64,000 nt of DNA, from positions 602,829-666,828 of the forward strand of contig JAHDYR010000005.1 of assembly GCA_019828565.1 (NCBI GenBank), written 5' to 3'. This document shows positions 21,601-31,688 of this stretch, piece after piece. Every line of letters starts with the position of its first letter. Position 1 is the first letter of the stretch. A model generated the notes under the pieces. It saw nothing but the letters and a program-made list of their open reading frames with translations, did no database searches and had not been told where the DNA came from. The position numbers and the translations under genes were made by a program. The DNA is from Carpediemonas membranifera BICM. Lineage: Eukaryota; Protista; Fornicata.

Positions 21601-24264
21601 CGTGTACATGAGATCGTACAGGAAGAGCGCCGTAGACGTCGCCAGTGCCTTGAGGTCCGTCAGGCCGAGCGTCACCTTGCCCCCACTGCCCTTGCTGCCG
21701 CCAATGCATGCGATGAGGGCAGTGACGAGGTTCCCGAGGCACATGTAGAGCGCCTGGCCGAACCAGCCCGACCGGTCCGAGTTCCAGTCGGGCCACCCGC
21801 CGTGCTGGCTGTGGAGGTCGAGGCGGATGCTCTTGACGATGGCGTCCATGAAGACCCAACCGGTTCTCACCGTGTCGACGACGGCCCTGGAGTACTGCTT
21901 GTCCGTCAGCACGGCCGTCCACGTGTTGATCACGGCGATGTACGATGCCATGCGGTCGCCCCCGAATCCCGTGAGATCGAGCACGTGCTTGAGATAGGTA
22001 TCCACGACGCCCACCCGCTCGCCCCCCTCGAGCACCATGCCGTCGACCGTCGAGACAAAGTTGGCGATGGCGATGAGCGCCTCGGCGGCCAGCGGCAGGC
22101 CGTTGGGCAGCCCATGGAAGCTAACAACGAGCTTGAACAGCACCGTCATGATTACGGGCAGCGACTCGACCAGCTCCGGGTCTGGGCGCCGCGTCAGGTT
22201 GCGGAGAGTCTCGCGGGCGTGCGTGTCGAAGGTCTTGCGGTCACCGATGGCGCTGTGGCCGACGGAGACTATATCGAACAGGCGGTAGAGCCCGGCGATG
22301 GCGCCCGAGCTCGTGTGCATCGTCGAAACGGAGGCGGCGCTGAGCTCTACGATGGGCTGGCCCCTGTCGTGGAACTGGAGCTCCTCGGGCGGGGTCCGGC
22401 CCGTGAATGCGGCCAGATAGCCGGAGACTGGCTCGACGGCGAGGGGGAACCCGGCCAGCTCCGTGTCGGTGAGCCGGTCGTCCTGCATGAGGGGGAATGC
22501 GGTGAACCCGATGGGCGTCATGATGTCGCCGGGCTTGTCCTTGACGGTGATGTGGTAGAAGGTGATGCGGACGTGGTGGCTTTCAGTGCAGGGGAACGGT
22601 AGCTGGATGCGGGCCTCGTCGCTGAAGAACCTCGTCTTGGCGTGGTAGACCGTCGCCGAGTAGTGCTCCGTCCGGTATCCGCTGATGCCCTCCTTGGGCA
22701 GGATCAACTTCAGCGGCTCGGCATCGACGTCGTCTGTGGCGAACAGCTGGATCTTGGCGATGATGTTGCGGCACGCCACCCTCTTGACTCGGTTGAAGTC
22801 GACCTTGAGCAGTCGGACGAACATGAGCTCCATGTACCGCAGGGCCGGCTGGACGACGGCGCTGAACGACTCGCTAACCTTGACGCGCTCATTCGCAAGC
22901 CCGACCTCGTCGCCGCACTTCGACACGTCCACGCCGCTCAGGGACAGGATGGTGGGCAGACTCGCCGAGCAGGGCCCCTCCTGGCATGCGCTGACATCGG
23001 TGGCGGCGTCCTTCAGGGGGATCAGGTCGGGTGTCACCCGGAGCTTGGGAATGAGAGTCACGTGCTTGTCATCTTCGGGGTCCGCGGCCGGGACGAGCGG
23101 GGAGCCTGACACCGTACTGGATCTCGAGGACGCATACCGGTTAGGGTATGCCTTGGGCTTGCGGGGTGACCCGGCGAAGTGAGCCCGGACAGTGCTAAGC
23201 GGCATCGTCAGCGCGGCCCCGATCACGGCGACGGAGGCCTTGGTCGGCCTGAGACGCTGAGTGTGGGTTGGGCTAAGCATCTCCTTGGACGCCGCGATGA
23301 TGGCGGCGTCGGTGAGGTCCGCGGGGGTCTTGGGTCGCATCAGGGGGAGCTGGTTGAGCCCGGCGAGGTCGAACGTCGGGACCTCCTGGCGCCGCACCAA
23401 GGAGTACACGGGCATTGCGGACCACAGGATGCACTGGCGGCACTGCCGCAGTCGGGTGAAGTGCGCCGCATTCTTGGTGCGGTGCTTGGCCACGCGGTCT
23501 GCGCTGGGGCGGGTCATCAGGTCGAGCGTGGCGTCGTCGCCCTGGATGACGCGGAAGAGGCGGCACACGAGGAAGATGTCGATGCTCGGCTCGGCGACAG
23601 TGAAGATCGTCGTGTGGGACGGCGATGGGTCCTCGCAGACCAGCATCCGGTCCTCCTCCCCGTTCAGGGGCACACTGAACTCCTCGCTGAGTCGCTTCCC
23701 CGTGCGGCCGTTGACGAGGACAAAAGACCCCCACAACGGCTCGATCGGGCCGTCCTTCAGCATCAGGCCCGCTACGTGCAGCAGGAAGGACGTGCCGTCG
23801 TTGGTTTGGAAGGGCGCGATGGCAGGGTGATCCCGGAAGCACAGGTTGCTGACAATGTTGGCGGGCTCGGTCGGCTTGAAGGCCACCAGAAGTGGCTGGC
23901 GACTATTGTCGTTGAGCTTTGTCAGCTCAGCGATGTTTGGTCTGTCGAGGGCCATGGCTGGGTCGCACAGGTCTGTCTGCACGGCGTCGGGGAACAGGGC
24001 GTTGACACCAGCACGGGACTCCTTGCGGGCCTCCGCGGGGAAGACGTGCTTCACATCAGGAGGAACTACTGGTGGATACGGTTCATCGCGGATCTCCACC
24101 GTCCTGTAGGGCGTCGAGTAGAACTGGCCGAATTCCTGGACATACGCCGAATCAGCTTCCTCTTTGTACTTAAGAGGCAGCGATGGACGCAAGCAATCAT
24201 TCTCCTTGTCGTGTTGTTCTAGGCGAAGCTCGTCCGGTTGAATCTGACCGAGCACAGACGCCAT
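18673..24264 (-). CDS. DOCK-family Rho GEF (DOCK-C/D, zizimin-like) with DHR-1 (C2) and DHR-2
   Basis: IEPLWGSF; HYSATVYH...FSDEARIQLP...HHVRITFYHI (DHR-1); GTFYRVGFFG...KEYIYRE and GSVRVQVNAGP (DHR-2). Confidence 0.92.
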   Translation of the reverse strand: MASVLGQIQPDELRLEQHDKENDCLRPSLPLKYKEEADSAYVQEFGQFYSTPYRTVEIRDEPYPPVVPPDVKHVFPAEARKESRAGVNALFPDAVQTDLCDPAMALDRPNIAELTKLNDNSRQPLLVAFKPTEPANIVSNLCFRDHPAIAPFQTNDGTSFLLHVAGLMLKDGPIEPLWGSFVLVNGRTGKRLSEEFSVPLNGEEDRMLVCEDPSPSHTTIFTVAEPSIDIFLVCRLFRVIQGDDATLDLMTRPSADRVAKHRTKNAAHFTRLRQCRQCILWSAMPVYSLVRRQEVPTFDLAGLNQLPLMRPKTPADLTDAAIIAASKEMLSPTHTQRLRPTKASVAVIGAALTMPLSTVRAHFAGSPRKPKAYPNRYASSRSSTVSGSPLVPAADPEDDKHVTLIPKLRVTPDLIPLKDAATDVSACQEGPCSASLPTILSLSGVDVSKCGDEVGLANERVKVSESFSAVVQPALRYMELMFVRLLKVDFNRVKRVACRNIIAKIQLFATDDVDAEPLKLILPKEGISGYRTEHYSATVYHAKTRFFSDEARIQLPFPCTESHHVRITFYHITVKDKPGDIMTPIGFTAFPLMQDDRLTDTELAGFPLAVEPVSGYLAAFTGRTPPEELQFHDRGQPIVELSAASVSTMHTSSGAIAGLYRLFDIVSVGHSAIGDRKTFDTHARETLRNLTRRPDPELVESLPVIMTVLFKLVVSFHGLPNGLPLAAEALIAIANFVSTVDGMVLEGGERVGVVDTYLKHVLDLTGFGGDRMASYIAVINTWTAVLTDKQYSRAVVDTVRTGWVFMDAIVKSIRLDLHSQHGGWPDWNSDRSGWFGQALYMCLGNLVTALIACIGGSKGSGGKVTLGLTDLKALATSTALFLYDLMYTCDHGKIFGLIADVLNQRGVWDDGEASGISDSRSEFLRVIFSHPLLVQLSHPVPLRLGHTKVKGAVVSVRNAVSVLSQDQRLPGILAEEVKRGLLSTKTTVRLGSAHLLHEVLHRADVRYGNDIVMLPLKASVATLFYPILLTILDHYTTAFARDISQSLVESQELVLQSALWILTSIEQQLLWDTLAQASPAQLASVSRILTDSVRLFSYSRQQAVKRESRIGDGVPAALDAKAELEAKYRNMVRGRGTLSRGSQSTLRGSRSSKQSRPTLSMHTTQMGTVNGALVPADRTESPAGEALLSVMHVMSEILTATGPAMATPAVATVVLDTVCVVAGAELSDIAARRLPILIQQLCDVASDQLFRGAGAEYTRTLVGVGLRLLGSKSADHRRAGVQLLYTLVRGNYREMRQINRVKFQMITGLSALSSLITDADDQVRASFAALSAYSEVDTKLPNHPLFQAAVRSMTETLATIVHDTVVVESGGAQDPETLADMYLRIADGYSATPALRAANLNMLVEHLDPTPTAAELEKIAKMPEDELNRHLEVTTKRPMVEAGIAVLYVAALTAEMLSVPAPPAMSAFGDELSLAEALRRHLSPVVPDMPVQLEADAQLLSEGSDEGTVVALLSQAARRFSDSQLYEFAHTVLTTAAQLCMHFGRFDELVRVQTDLVGVATHIRAVAGLHGERPIGTFYRVGFFGAAFGPLNDGKEYIYRESGLCRLPEIKGRLQDFWGQQLGPKLVMVTEGKPLNPAELDPDKAYLQLTTVKPFFGTVDGTTIPQPRNAFEAKTGVTHFFYENPYVVGGGKLSTATPSNLGSILTVLRTTVSLPAISKRSVVEAKFSLTIDPLQTSISTLEAQIAKLRGEAEREPPEIDSLQIIVAGSVRVQVNAGPAETARAFLKSPDGDERLADLKTRLVELVTVSFETLKVGKAIVPPDRVPFHVECVKGLRTLVADLGELVELPEIEWAAIEMAETVE

Positions 24265-24416
24265 TGTTGGTGTTTGGGGGGCACATTTATGGCGTTTACG
24301 ACAACGACCGTAAATCGCCTAGTTGGCCAAGAATGGGCACTAGGACGCCCCGCATGGCCCAGGGCAACACACTGTCAACCCCCTGATGGTCACCTATGGT
24401 ACATTTATCGCGGCGT

Positions 24417-25290
24417 CTACTGGGAGAACGGCGACGTCCACCGCCCCGACACACCCAGCCCCGGGCTGCGGACACGGCTCCGCAGCATGCTGACCTGCTG
24501 GGACAAGGCGGCCATCGAGTCCGCGGCCATGGCCTTGCGGGCACTGGCCATACTGTCAGATAGGTCCTGGTTCTCCGAGCGATACGACGCCTCCCGGCCT
24601 GCCTGGTCCATCGCGACGTTGAACGTGATCGTGTCGACCTTCTTGGCGAGGGCCGCTTTGAGGTCGTCGATGATGTTTTCGAGCACCTCGACGTCGACCT
24701 TCCGCTCGAGCACGGTGTTGAGCTCCTTGGGGTCGACGCTGTGTTGCTCGAGGTCCCGCTTGAAGTCCTTGTACAACCCCCGCCACTCGGTGAGCTCGGC
24801 CAACTGGCGGCGGATGACGGCGTCCCTCTCCCGACCGTCCTTGATCTCGCTGTCGATCCGCTTGCACTGGAGCCACGTCTCCTCGGTCCTCTCGCGGAGC
24901 TTGGCCTCCTCCGTCTCGCGCGCCTCCCTCTCCCGCTTGACGTGAACCAGCAGCGCGTCGATCACCTCGTCCTTAGCCGCGGACGGCATCTTGCCGACGT
25001 CCTCTGTGAGCCGGGCGACGGTGAACTGTGTGAGGGTGGGGGAGGGCACGCACGTCTGTGTTAGACAGCCTGCCGTTCACCTCGACAAGATCGCGGGCCA
25101 GCTGGTCAATCATTGCATCCTTGTCGCGAAGTTCAGCCCGGAGGAAGCCCATTTGCTCCTGCAGTCTGGTGACCGTGCGGCCTTGCTTCTCAATAGTCGC
25201 ATAGAATGCCTCAAACTGACTGCGAATCGTGCTTTGGATGTTATACCAATCTTCGCCTCCAAAAGTGCTTTGATTACCACGAAGTGACAT
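24417..25290 (-). CDS. Coiled-coil protein of unknown function; 28-nt intron at 25026-25053
   Basis: ORFs 24973-25290 and 24417-25049 join in frame after removing GTGCGT...CTCACACAG. Confidence 0.75.
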
Positions 25291-25423
25291 TGTTCAATCG
25301 TTGAATGCGGTTTTGTTTTCTGGTGAACGTTTGGGAAGAAAAATTTTCCCATATCGAATAAAATCCCGCATATCTGCGGATCTCATGCCGTTTAGTCGTG
25401 GTATACATGTGCAGTGTCCGTCT

Positions 25424-26958
25424 TCAGTAAAATCCGCCCCGCCCCTTCTCCTCGGGGGTCGCCCGGTGCTTCTGTTTCCTCGAGGCCCGGTTGCCGCCCA
25501 TCTGCGTCTTGCCGTGCTTGCTCTTCAGGGCGTTCCCGGGCAGGTTGTACCCGTGCATGTGCGGCACCGGCCCCGACCCGAACTGCATCACCCGTTGGGA
25601 CACCTGCGGCAGGGACACTCCGGGCAGACCAGCTGGCCCCGGACCGTGATCCGGACTCTGCGCCTTGGGGTGCAGCGGCCGGTGCTGCGAGGTTGGCGTG
25701 GGGTTCTTGCGGCTGACAGGCTTGTACACGGGCGTCTTGTTGCTGGCGTGGGCCTTCTTGGGCCCGTCCAACTGACCGGTCGAGTCCGTCCGCTTCACAC
25801 TCGAGATACTGGGCAGGTCGAACTGCCCCGTGGCCCTCGGCTGTGGCGACCGACCACTCCGGTCGGACGGCGGCCTGAGGGGCTCGACGGCGCTCTCGTC
25901 GTGCCGCCGCCTCGCCTGTTCCGCCCTAATACGTCTGATGTGATCCCGGAACGGCCCTATGACAGTCTCGTCCCTGGCGGCGACGCTGAGTCTGCGCCGC
26001 TCGAGCGCCTCCGCGGACAAGGCGAGGAGGGGGTGCTCCAGCAGCTTGCCCGCTGTCGGCCGCTTGGACGGCTGGAGCGTCAGGCACTGCTTGACAAAGT
26101 CCGCCTCGACCGCGGTGAGGCACGACCTCTCGAGTATGGCGTCGATCTCGAGCGTCGGGCCGGGCTGGGGGCGGGTCGACCACTCTCCGTTAACCATTCG
26201 GGGCATCGGAAGCTTATGGCGGCGGTATATGGGGTTGCATGCGAAGGAGTTGGCCTGCTCTGCGGGGAGTGCCCCCAGTCCTCGGACGATGCGGGCGATC
26301 ATGTCGAGGTCCGAGTTGCCGGGGAAGAGCGGCTGGGCCGTCCGCATCTCGTAGTAGAGACACCCCACTGCCCAGATGTCGACGGCGTGCCCGTAGTTGG
26401 GGTATCCGACGAGCAGCTCGGGGGCGCGGTACCAACGGGTCGAGACGTACTCAGTGAGCAGCGTGATATCAGACTCCAGGCACCGCGCGAAGCCGAAGTC
26501 CGCGATCTTCAGTGACCCGTTGGCGGATATGAGGAGGTTTTCGGGCTTGATGTCACGGTGGACGACGGTCTGGGTGTGGAGGAACTCGAGGCCCTTCAGC
26601 ACCTGCCAGATCATGAAGATCACCGTCTCCTGCGTCATGCCCTGCTGGTTCTCTTCGATCATCTCCAGCACGGTCTTCTCGAGGTACTCGAAGACAAGGT
26701 AGTAGCGACCCCCGCGCCTGAATGCTTCGAGGAGAGTAACAACATTCACGAACCGCAACTTCTTAAGCATTCGGATTTCTCGCAACGCTGTCTTTCTTAC
26801 TAGCGCGTCATCGTCAGTTTCCTTGAATCGTTTGATTGCTACATAGTTATCTGAGTCCTTATGCCGACACTTGATCACAACTCCGTATGTTCTGCATGAA
26901 AATGTGAAATAGTGACTTACCCTTCGCCTATGAGATGAAGTGTATCGTAAAGGTCCAT
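25424..26958 (-). CDS. Cyclin-dependent kinase-like (CDKL) Ser/Thr kinase; 29-nt intron at 26892-26920
   Basis: Splicing GTAAGT...TTCATGCAG restores MDLYDTLHLIGEGTYGVV. Further motifs: VAIKRFK, KTALREIRMLK, HRDIKPEN, DFG, TEYVSTRWYRAPE. Confidence 0.93.
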
Positions 26959-27049
26959 GTTTTGTTAAGTTGGGGACGGTTTTCCGCGCACAGAACGCGG
27001 CTATCAGTTTCGCCAAAAAACGCAGAATAAGGCACCGGTCGGTGTGCTA

Positions 27050-28605
27050 TTGAAGGGTCAAACAATGTGTTTATACTGCGCAACACTGCCCTGTCTCCCT
27101 CCTACTCACGTCTTAAGTTGGTAGGGGGATCGTCTTCTCCAGGGCTTCCACAAGGCGTCTTCTTGGTGGACGTCAGTACAGCTGCAAACATCACAATCGC
27201 TCACACGTCGTCTCATTGTCTTCTATTCCACATTAAATTCACTTCTACACTTGTATATGCTGGTAATGGTGTTCATCGTCGGCTCTTATATGACATCTTC
27301 ATCAATGACCAGCTGCACACCTGTAGTGCGCAACAAGATGGAGATATATACGATCAAAGCCTCCATCAAGCAAGCTCTCAGACAGAACTACACCGAAGAA
27401 CGGAGAGTGGGGGATTACGCCGCAGCAAAATATCTCTACTCATGCCTGCTGGCCCGGCTCGCGGTTGAATGCTGTGCAGCGCCGGCAACTCCCCCTACAT
27501 GACGCCGACTTCTACAACGGACTGCTCACTCATCTACGCGGCGGTCATCCGGGTCAGGCCTACGCGGCCATCGTGCAGTCGCTATCGGCCACAACATGAT
27601 GCGAGCATGCCTGTTCGAAAGCGAGCGAAATGGCGGGAGAAAGAGCGCCCCCGACTCGGGACCAATAATGCCGAGGCTCCGCCCGCGCCGGATCCTGATG
27701 CCCACCTCATGGGGTTCGACCCGGGCGCGAGGTCCATCGGAGGGTATTACATCAGGCACCCCGATGGCACCACCAGCTCCGGCGTCCTTCCAAAGTGCGG
27801 ATACACTAAGACGCCAAGTTTCGGCTTTGATATGACGGCCGCGTCGTTCAAGAGCACAAGACAGTGAGTATCATCAACTCTATTAGGTTTGTGTTGGACA
27901 ACGCGAACGACATTTTCGAGGCTGGAATGCGTAAGTCTTTCCGCCGAGTGCGCTTTGCGAACCACATCCTTCGCCAGAAGCACTTCGCCCGCTGCGGCCA
28001 ACAGTTGGCTCGGGAGTTCGGTTGGCGTGGCCACCATCCCATCGCCACCCCCATTCGCCTGAAAGTCTTCTACGGGAGCTCGGGATTCACCACGCCTGCT
28101 GGTATGTTCATTCCTTGCGCGCCATATCGAAAGTTCGCGAGAGAGATAGTTCCCCTTCTCAAGAGGTATAACATTGTCGTCGATCTTAACATGGTTAACG
28201 AGGATCGCACCACCGTCGTCTGCCCTCACTGCCACGCCCCCTACAAGCGAGTTCGTCCGCGTGATGACCAGCACGTTCACCCACATCGTGTGATGCTCTG
28301 CGAAAAACCACAGTGCCGTGGTGCTCAGTGGCGCGCAACAGTTCCTGATGCTCTGAATGTTGATCATCGGGACAAGAGTGCTGCAGAAAACATCCTGTGG
28401 CGTTCTCTTGCCACGGAAGATGAGCTCAGTGGCTCTCCGTTCAGTCGCACATCGATCCCGCGCCTTCCAACATCATTCCAGTATCATCAATTGGCTAACC
28501 GCCACCATTCGTCTGCTGACGGATGATATTGTACAGTTTGGTCACTTTGATCGTTCCTTTCAGGCCCTGTCTTGGAGGTTCGAACAATGTTTATACTGCG
28601 CAACA
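27050..28605 (+). repeat. Imperfect direct repeats of about 35 bp (27050-27085 and 28572-28605) bracketing the Fanzor gene
   Basis: ttgaagggtcaaacaatgtgtttatactgcgcaaca versus ttggaggttcgaacaatgtttatactgcgcaaca. The last 18 bp are identical. Confidence 0.85.
27338..28526 (+). pseudogene. Fanzor (eukaryotic TnpB/Cas12-related RNA-guided nuclease), frameshifted and apparently internally deleted
   Basis: RuvC-I GFDPG, RRVRFANHILRQK helix, VFYG...PCAP, RuvC-II VNEDRTT, zinc finger CPHC...HRVMLC...C and RuvC-III HRDKSAAENIL. N-terminal YTIKASIK and LPLHDADFY blocks lie in different frames. Confidence 0.85.
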
Positions 28606-28887
28606 GTCGATCCACTTCACCGCTCAGTCATTACCCGTGGCTCCTTCACCGCAGTCCTTAGATTGTCATTGAATCAAACGCCCATGATCATCGGGGTCGC
28701 CCGGGGGTTGCTGAAGGATGGCGCCGAGGTCCCGAGTTTGACGCCTGATGCATTCGCCACATCAAGCCCATGACCTTATGCGCACTACCGCCCTCATTTA
28801 CATCCCAGGACGTGTACGGCGATAAACGGATTGTCACCACGAGGGGATGACAAGCCGAAGCAGGGGAATCCGGTATCACAAGTGCTG

Positions 28888-31641
28888 ATGCCGTGTTGTC
28901 GAAGTAATATTATCGCAGACTTGCTCTCCATTGACCGTGAGATCCAAATACTGGAGGATCAGCTCGACGAGACCGATGGTGATCTCAATCTTCTCGATAT
29001 TGTCCTCCATGACATCGCCCCGGTTCTCTACTGTGATTTTACACCATCGCTGACCATCTCAGACAGCAACGGGGCCTTCAACCTCCTCTATAACTGCCCT
29101 CCCCCCGCCATGCTCGGCAAGGCCGCATCCCTGACTCACACAGCGCCCTCTACAGTCTGGACTGACAGCATTGAGGTGGGTGGGGTCGGGCATCCGGTGG
29201 TGTGGGTCATCAAAGGTGTGTACGTCCGCGGTCAGCTGACGACCGTGGCGGCCGTCGGGGTTGACACGGCCCAGGCCGTATCTGCTCCTAGCGACGGCAT
29301 GGAGGATATACCGCTGTTCGACCTGCTAGACATCGCGTCCTCGGGCTTCTGGGTGGGTGAGGTTGGCCCTCAGTTCCCTAACGGGGTCCGCATCGTGTAC
29401 GCCAGTAGACGCACCGCTGAGTACAGCGAGATCCCGACCGAGGAGATGTACAGCTCCCCCTCTGCGTGGCTGGACTCAGTGGTGCCCGAGTGCCAGGATG
29501 AGCTGACGCAGGCCTTCTGTTTCGCCTCTGGGCAGCCCGAGTTCGAGGTTTCCTACAGGGTGAGGGGCGTCAAGACCGGTAACACGAGGTGGCTGCGGGC
29601 GAGAGGCGTGAGGGCGGTGTGGGACGGCGTGACGATGGCGTTTGGGACCATCGAGGACGTAACCCCGAAGGTGGAGGCCGAGGCCTTCCGCCAGCGTCTG
29701 CGGCTCATACTGAATGGCATGCAGGCCGGGCAACCCGACATCATCGCCCTGTACGACATCAGCCGGTACAAGGCCCACGGCACGATCGAGCCTCTCTTCC
29801 TGACGCAGGCAATTGAGCGGATCACGGGCATCCCCTGGCGGCCCATGCTCCACAGAGCCCTTGACCCCAAGGACATCGCCGTCTCCTTCCACCCGGATGA
29901 ACGTGGCTGGGCGATGAACAGGCTGCGGCTGTTCCTGGAGGGACAGGGGCCATTCCGCATCGAGCACCGCTTCGTCCACATCCACACGGGTGCCTTGAGA
30001 CACATGGTCACGCAGGGGGCGATAGGGCGCGATAAGGCTGGCCAGCCGGCCAGCGCAATCATCATTGGGTTTGACCGCACCGCCGAGCATGCCGCGGTGA
30101 CAGCGATGCGGCGGACGGAGCAGCTGTTCGAGCGGATGTCCGAGACCATCGAGGACGCCTTCTACATCGCGGATCCGGCGACGATCCTCGAGGAGCGGTA
30201 CAACCCCGATCACCTACAGCACATCTCCGCCGCGGCGTGGAACATCTTCGGTATCTCCGCACCAGTGCTGTGCGACAACCCCGTGTTGTGGCTCGACACA
30301 GTTGTCCCAGAGGACAGGCAGCGCGTGGACGACCAGCTCACCGCCTTCCGCAACGAAGCCCGGGACAACCCCGTGACGGCCCGGTTGGCGATCACATATG
30401 ATATCGACGTCGACGGCGTCCAGAAGCGGATCATGCACAAGAGCCGTATGACAGTGAACATGCGGGGTAGGGCAGTCAACTTCGTCGGGACGTGGACGGA
30501 CATCACGGCGCACGCCCGGGAGGAGATCGCGCTTAATCGGGTCAGACGGCGGTACGAGTTCATGAGCGACAACATCGAGGCCGTATACTACCTGATCTCC
30601 AGGGTGCCCGGCAGCCACGAATTCGAGGTTCTCAACGTCAACCGCTACTACGAGACGCTGACGGGCCGCTCCATCGAGCCCTTGCTCAGTCGGGGTTCGG
30701 CTGAGTGGTTCGAGCTGGTACACCCCGACGACAAGGAGCACATCATAGCTGACGGCCAGGACAAGGTGTTCCGGCTGCTCCTGGACGACGGCCGGGTGCG
30801 CCACGTCGTCGATAGGAGGGTGCAGTTTAAGGTTATTGATGGCAAGGTCGAGTCGGCCGGCCTGATCGTCGACATCACGGAGCTTGTTACCTCGCAGAAC
30901 AGGAAGCTCGAGGCTCAAGCCCAGCTCCACCGCGCACAGCGGCTCGAGAGCCTCGGCGTCCTAGCGGGGGGGGTTGCGCACGAGTTCGGGAACATGACCG
31001 CGGTGATCATGGGGAACGCGGACATGGCGTTCGACATGTGTGATGAGGAAACCGGGGTGCACGCGCTGCTGGAGCCGATCATCGAGGCGTGCACCAGGGC
31101 CAGCGTCTTCACGGGGAAGCTGCTGGCGTACTCGGGCAAGGGAATGAACACCGTCACCCGAGTAAACCTGACTCGGCTCTTGCTAGAGCTCAAGGACTTC
31201 GTCCAGGCCAGCCTGCCGCCCAACGTCAGCGTGGAGTTGGCGCTGGTGCCGGAGGACTCCCTCCCGCCTGTCTGCGGCGACCCTCAGCAGCTCCGACAGG
31301 TGGTGAGCATCCTGGTCAACAACGGCGCCGAGGCCATCGGGGCTGAGCAGGGCCGCCTCATCATCTCGACGCGGCAGTGCTCCTGCGAGACCCAGTGCTG
31401 CGTCATCATGTCGGTGGCGGACACAGGCGTCGGCATGGACGAGCGGACCCGCAGCCGTCTCTTCGACCCGTTCGTCACCCGGGAGGTTGGCAAGGGCATG
31501 AGCCTGGCAGCAGTACACGGAATCGTCTCCAACCACGGCGGGATGGTCAGCGTGCGGTCGGCCTTGGGCGAGGGCGCGGAGTTCACCGTGACCCTGCCCG
31601 CCTCGGAGGGTCGTCGCTGTAGAATAAAGAAACCGTATTAG
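28888..31641 (+). CDS. Multi-PAS sensor histidine kinase (HisKA + HATPase), no receiver domain
   Basis: Four PAS/PAC-like repeats (W..VVPE, FHPDE, VVPED, VHPDD). H-box LGVLAGGVAHEFGN, N-box LVNNGAEA, G1 DTGVGM, F-box LFDPF. Confidence 0.92.
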   Translation: MPCCRSNIIADLLSIDREIQILEDQLDETDGDLNLLDIVLHDIAPVLYCDFTPSLTISDSNGAFNLLYNCPPPAMLGKAASLTHTAPSTVWTDSIEVGGVGHPVVWVIKGVYVRGQLTTVAAVGVDTAQAVSAPSDGMEDIPLFDLLDIASSGFWVGEVGPQFPNGVRIVYASRRTAEYSEIPTEEMYSSPSAWLDSVVPECQDELTQAFCFASGQPEFEVSYRVRGVKTGNTRWLRARGVRAVWDGVTMAFGTIEDVTPKVEAEAFRQRLRLILNGMQAGQPDIIALYDISRYKAHGTIEPLFLTQAIERITGIPWRPMLHRALDPKDIAVSFHPDERGWAMNRLRLFLEGQGPFRIEHRFVHIHTGALRHMVTQGAIGRDKAGQPASAIIIGFDRTAEHAAVTAMRRTEQLFERMSETIEDAFYIADPATILEERYNPDHLQHISAAAWNIFGISAPVLCDNPVLWLDTVVPEDRQRVDDQLTAFRNEARDNPVTARLAITYDIDVDGVQKRIMHKSRMTVNMRGRAVNFVGTWTDITAHAREEIALNRVRRRYEFMSDNIEAVYYLISRVPGSHEFEVLNVNRYYETLTGRSIEPLLSRGSAEWFELVHPDDKEHIIADGQDKVFRLLLDDGRVRHVVDRRVQFKVIDGKVESAGLIVDITELVTSQNRKLEAQAQLHRAQRLESLGVLAGGVAHEFGNMTAVIMGNADMAFDMCDEETGVHALLEPIIEACTRASVFTGKLLAYSGKGMNTVTRVNLTRLLLELKDFVQASLPPNVSVELALVPEDSLPPVCGDPQQLRQVVSILVNNGAEAIGAEQGRLIISTRQCSCETQCCVIMSVADTGVGMDERTRSRLFDPFVTREVGKGMSLAAVHGIVSNHGGMVSVRSALGEGAEFTVTLPASEGRRCRIKKPY

Positions 31642-31688
31642 TGCCAACGGTGCAGTTTAGTAACTAACATGTATACACTGACCGGGAC

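Noticed and set aside
27864-27886. Possible 23-nt intron GTGAGT...TATTAG that would join two Fanzor ORFs in frame
   Set aside because: It lacks the YTYAY-NYAG end of the five other introns and is shorter. The downstream frame is already open from 27831 with a Fanzor-like KT block, so a frameshift is more likely. Upstream frameshifts remain either way.
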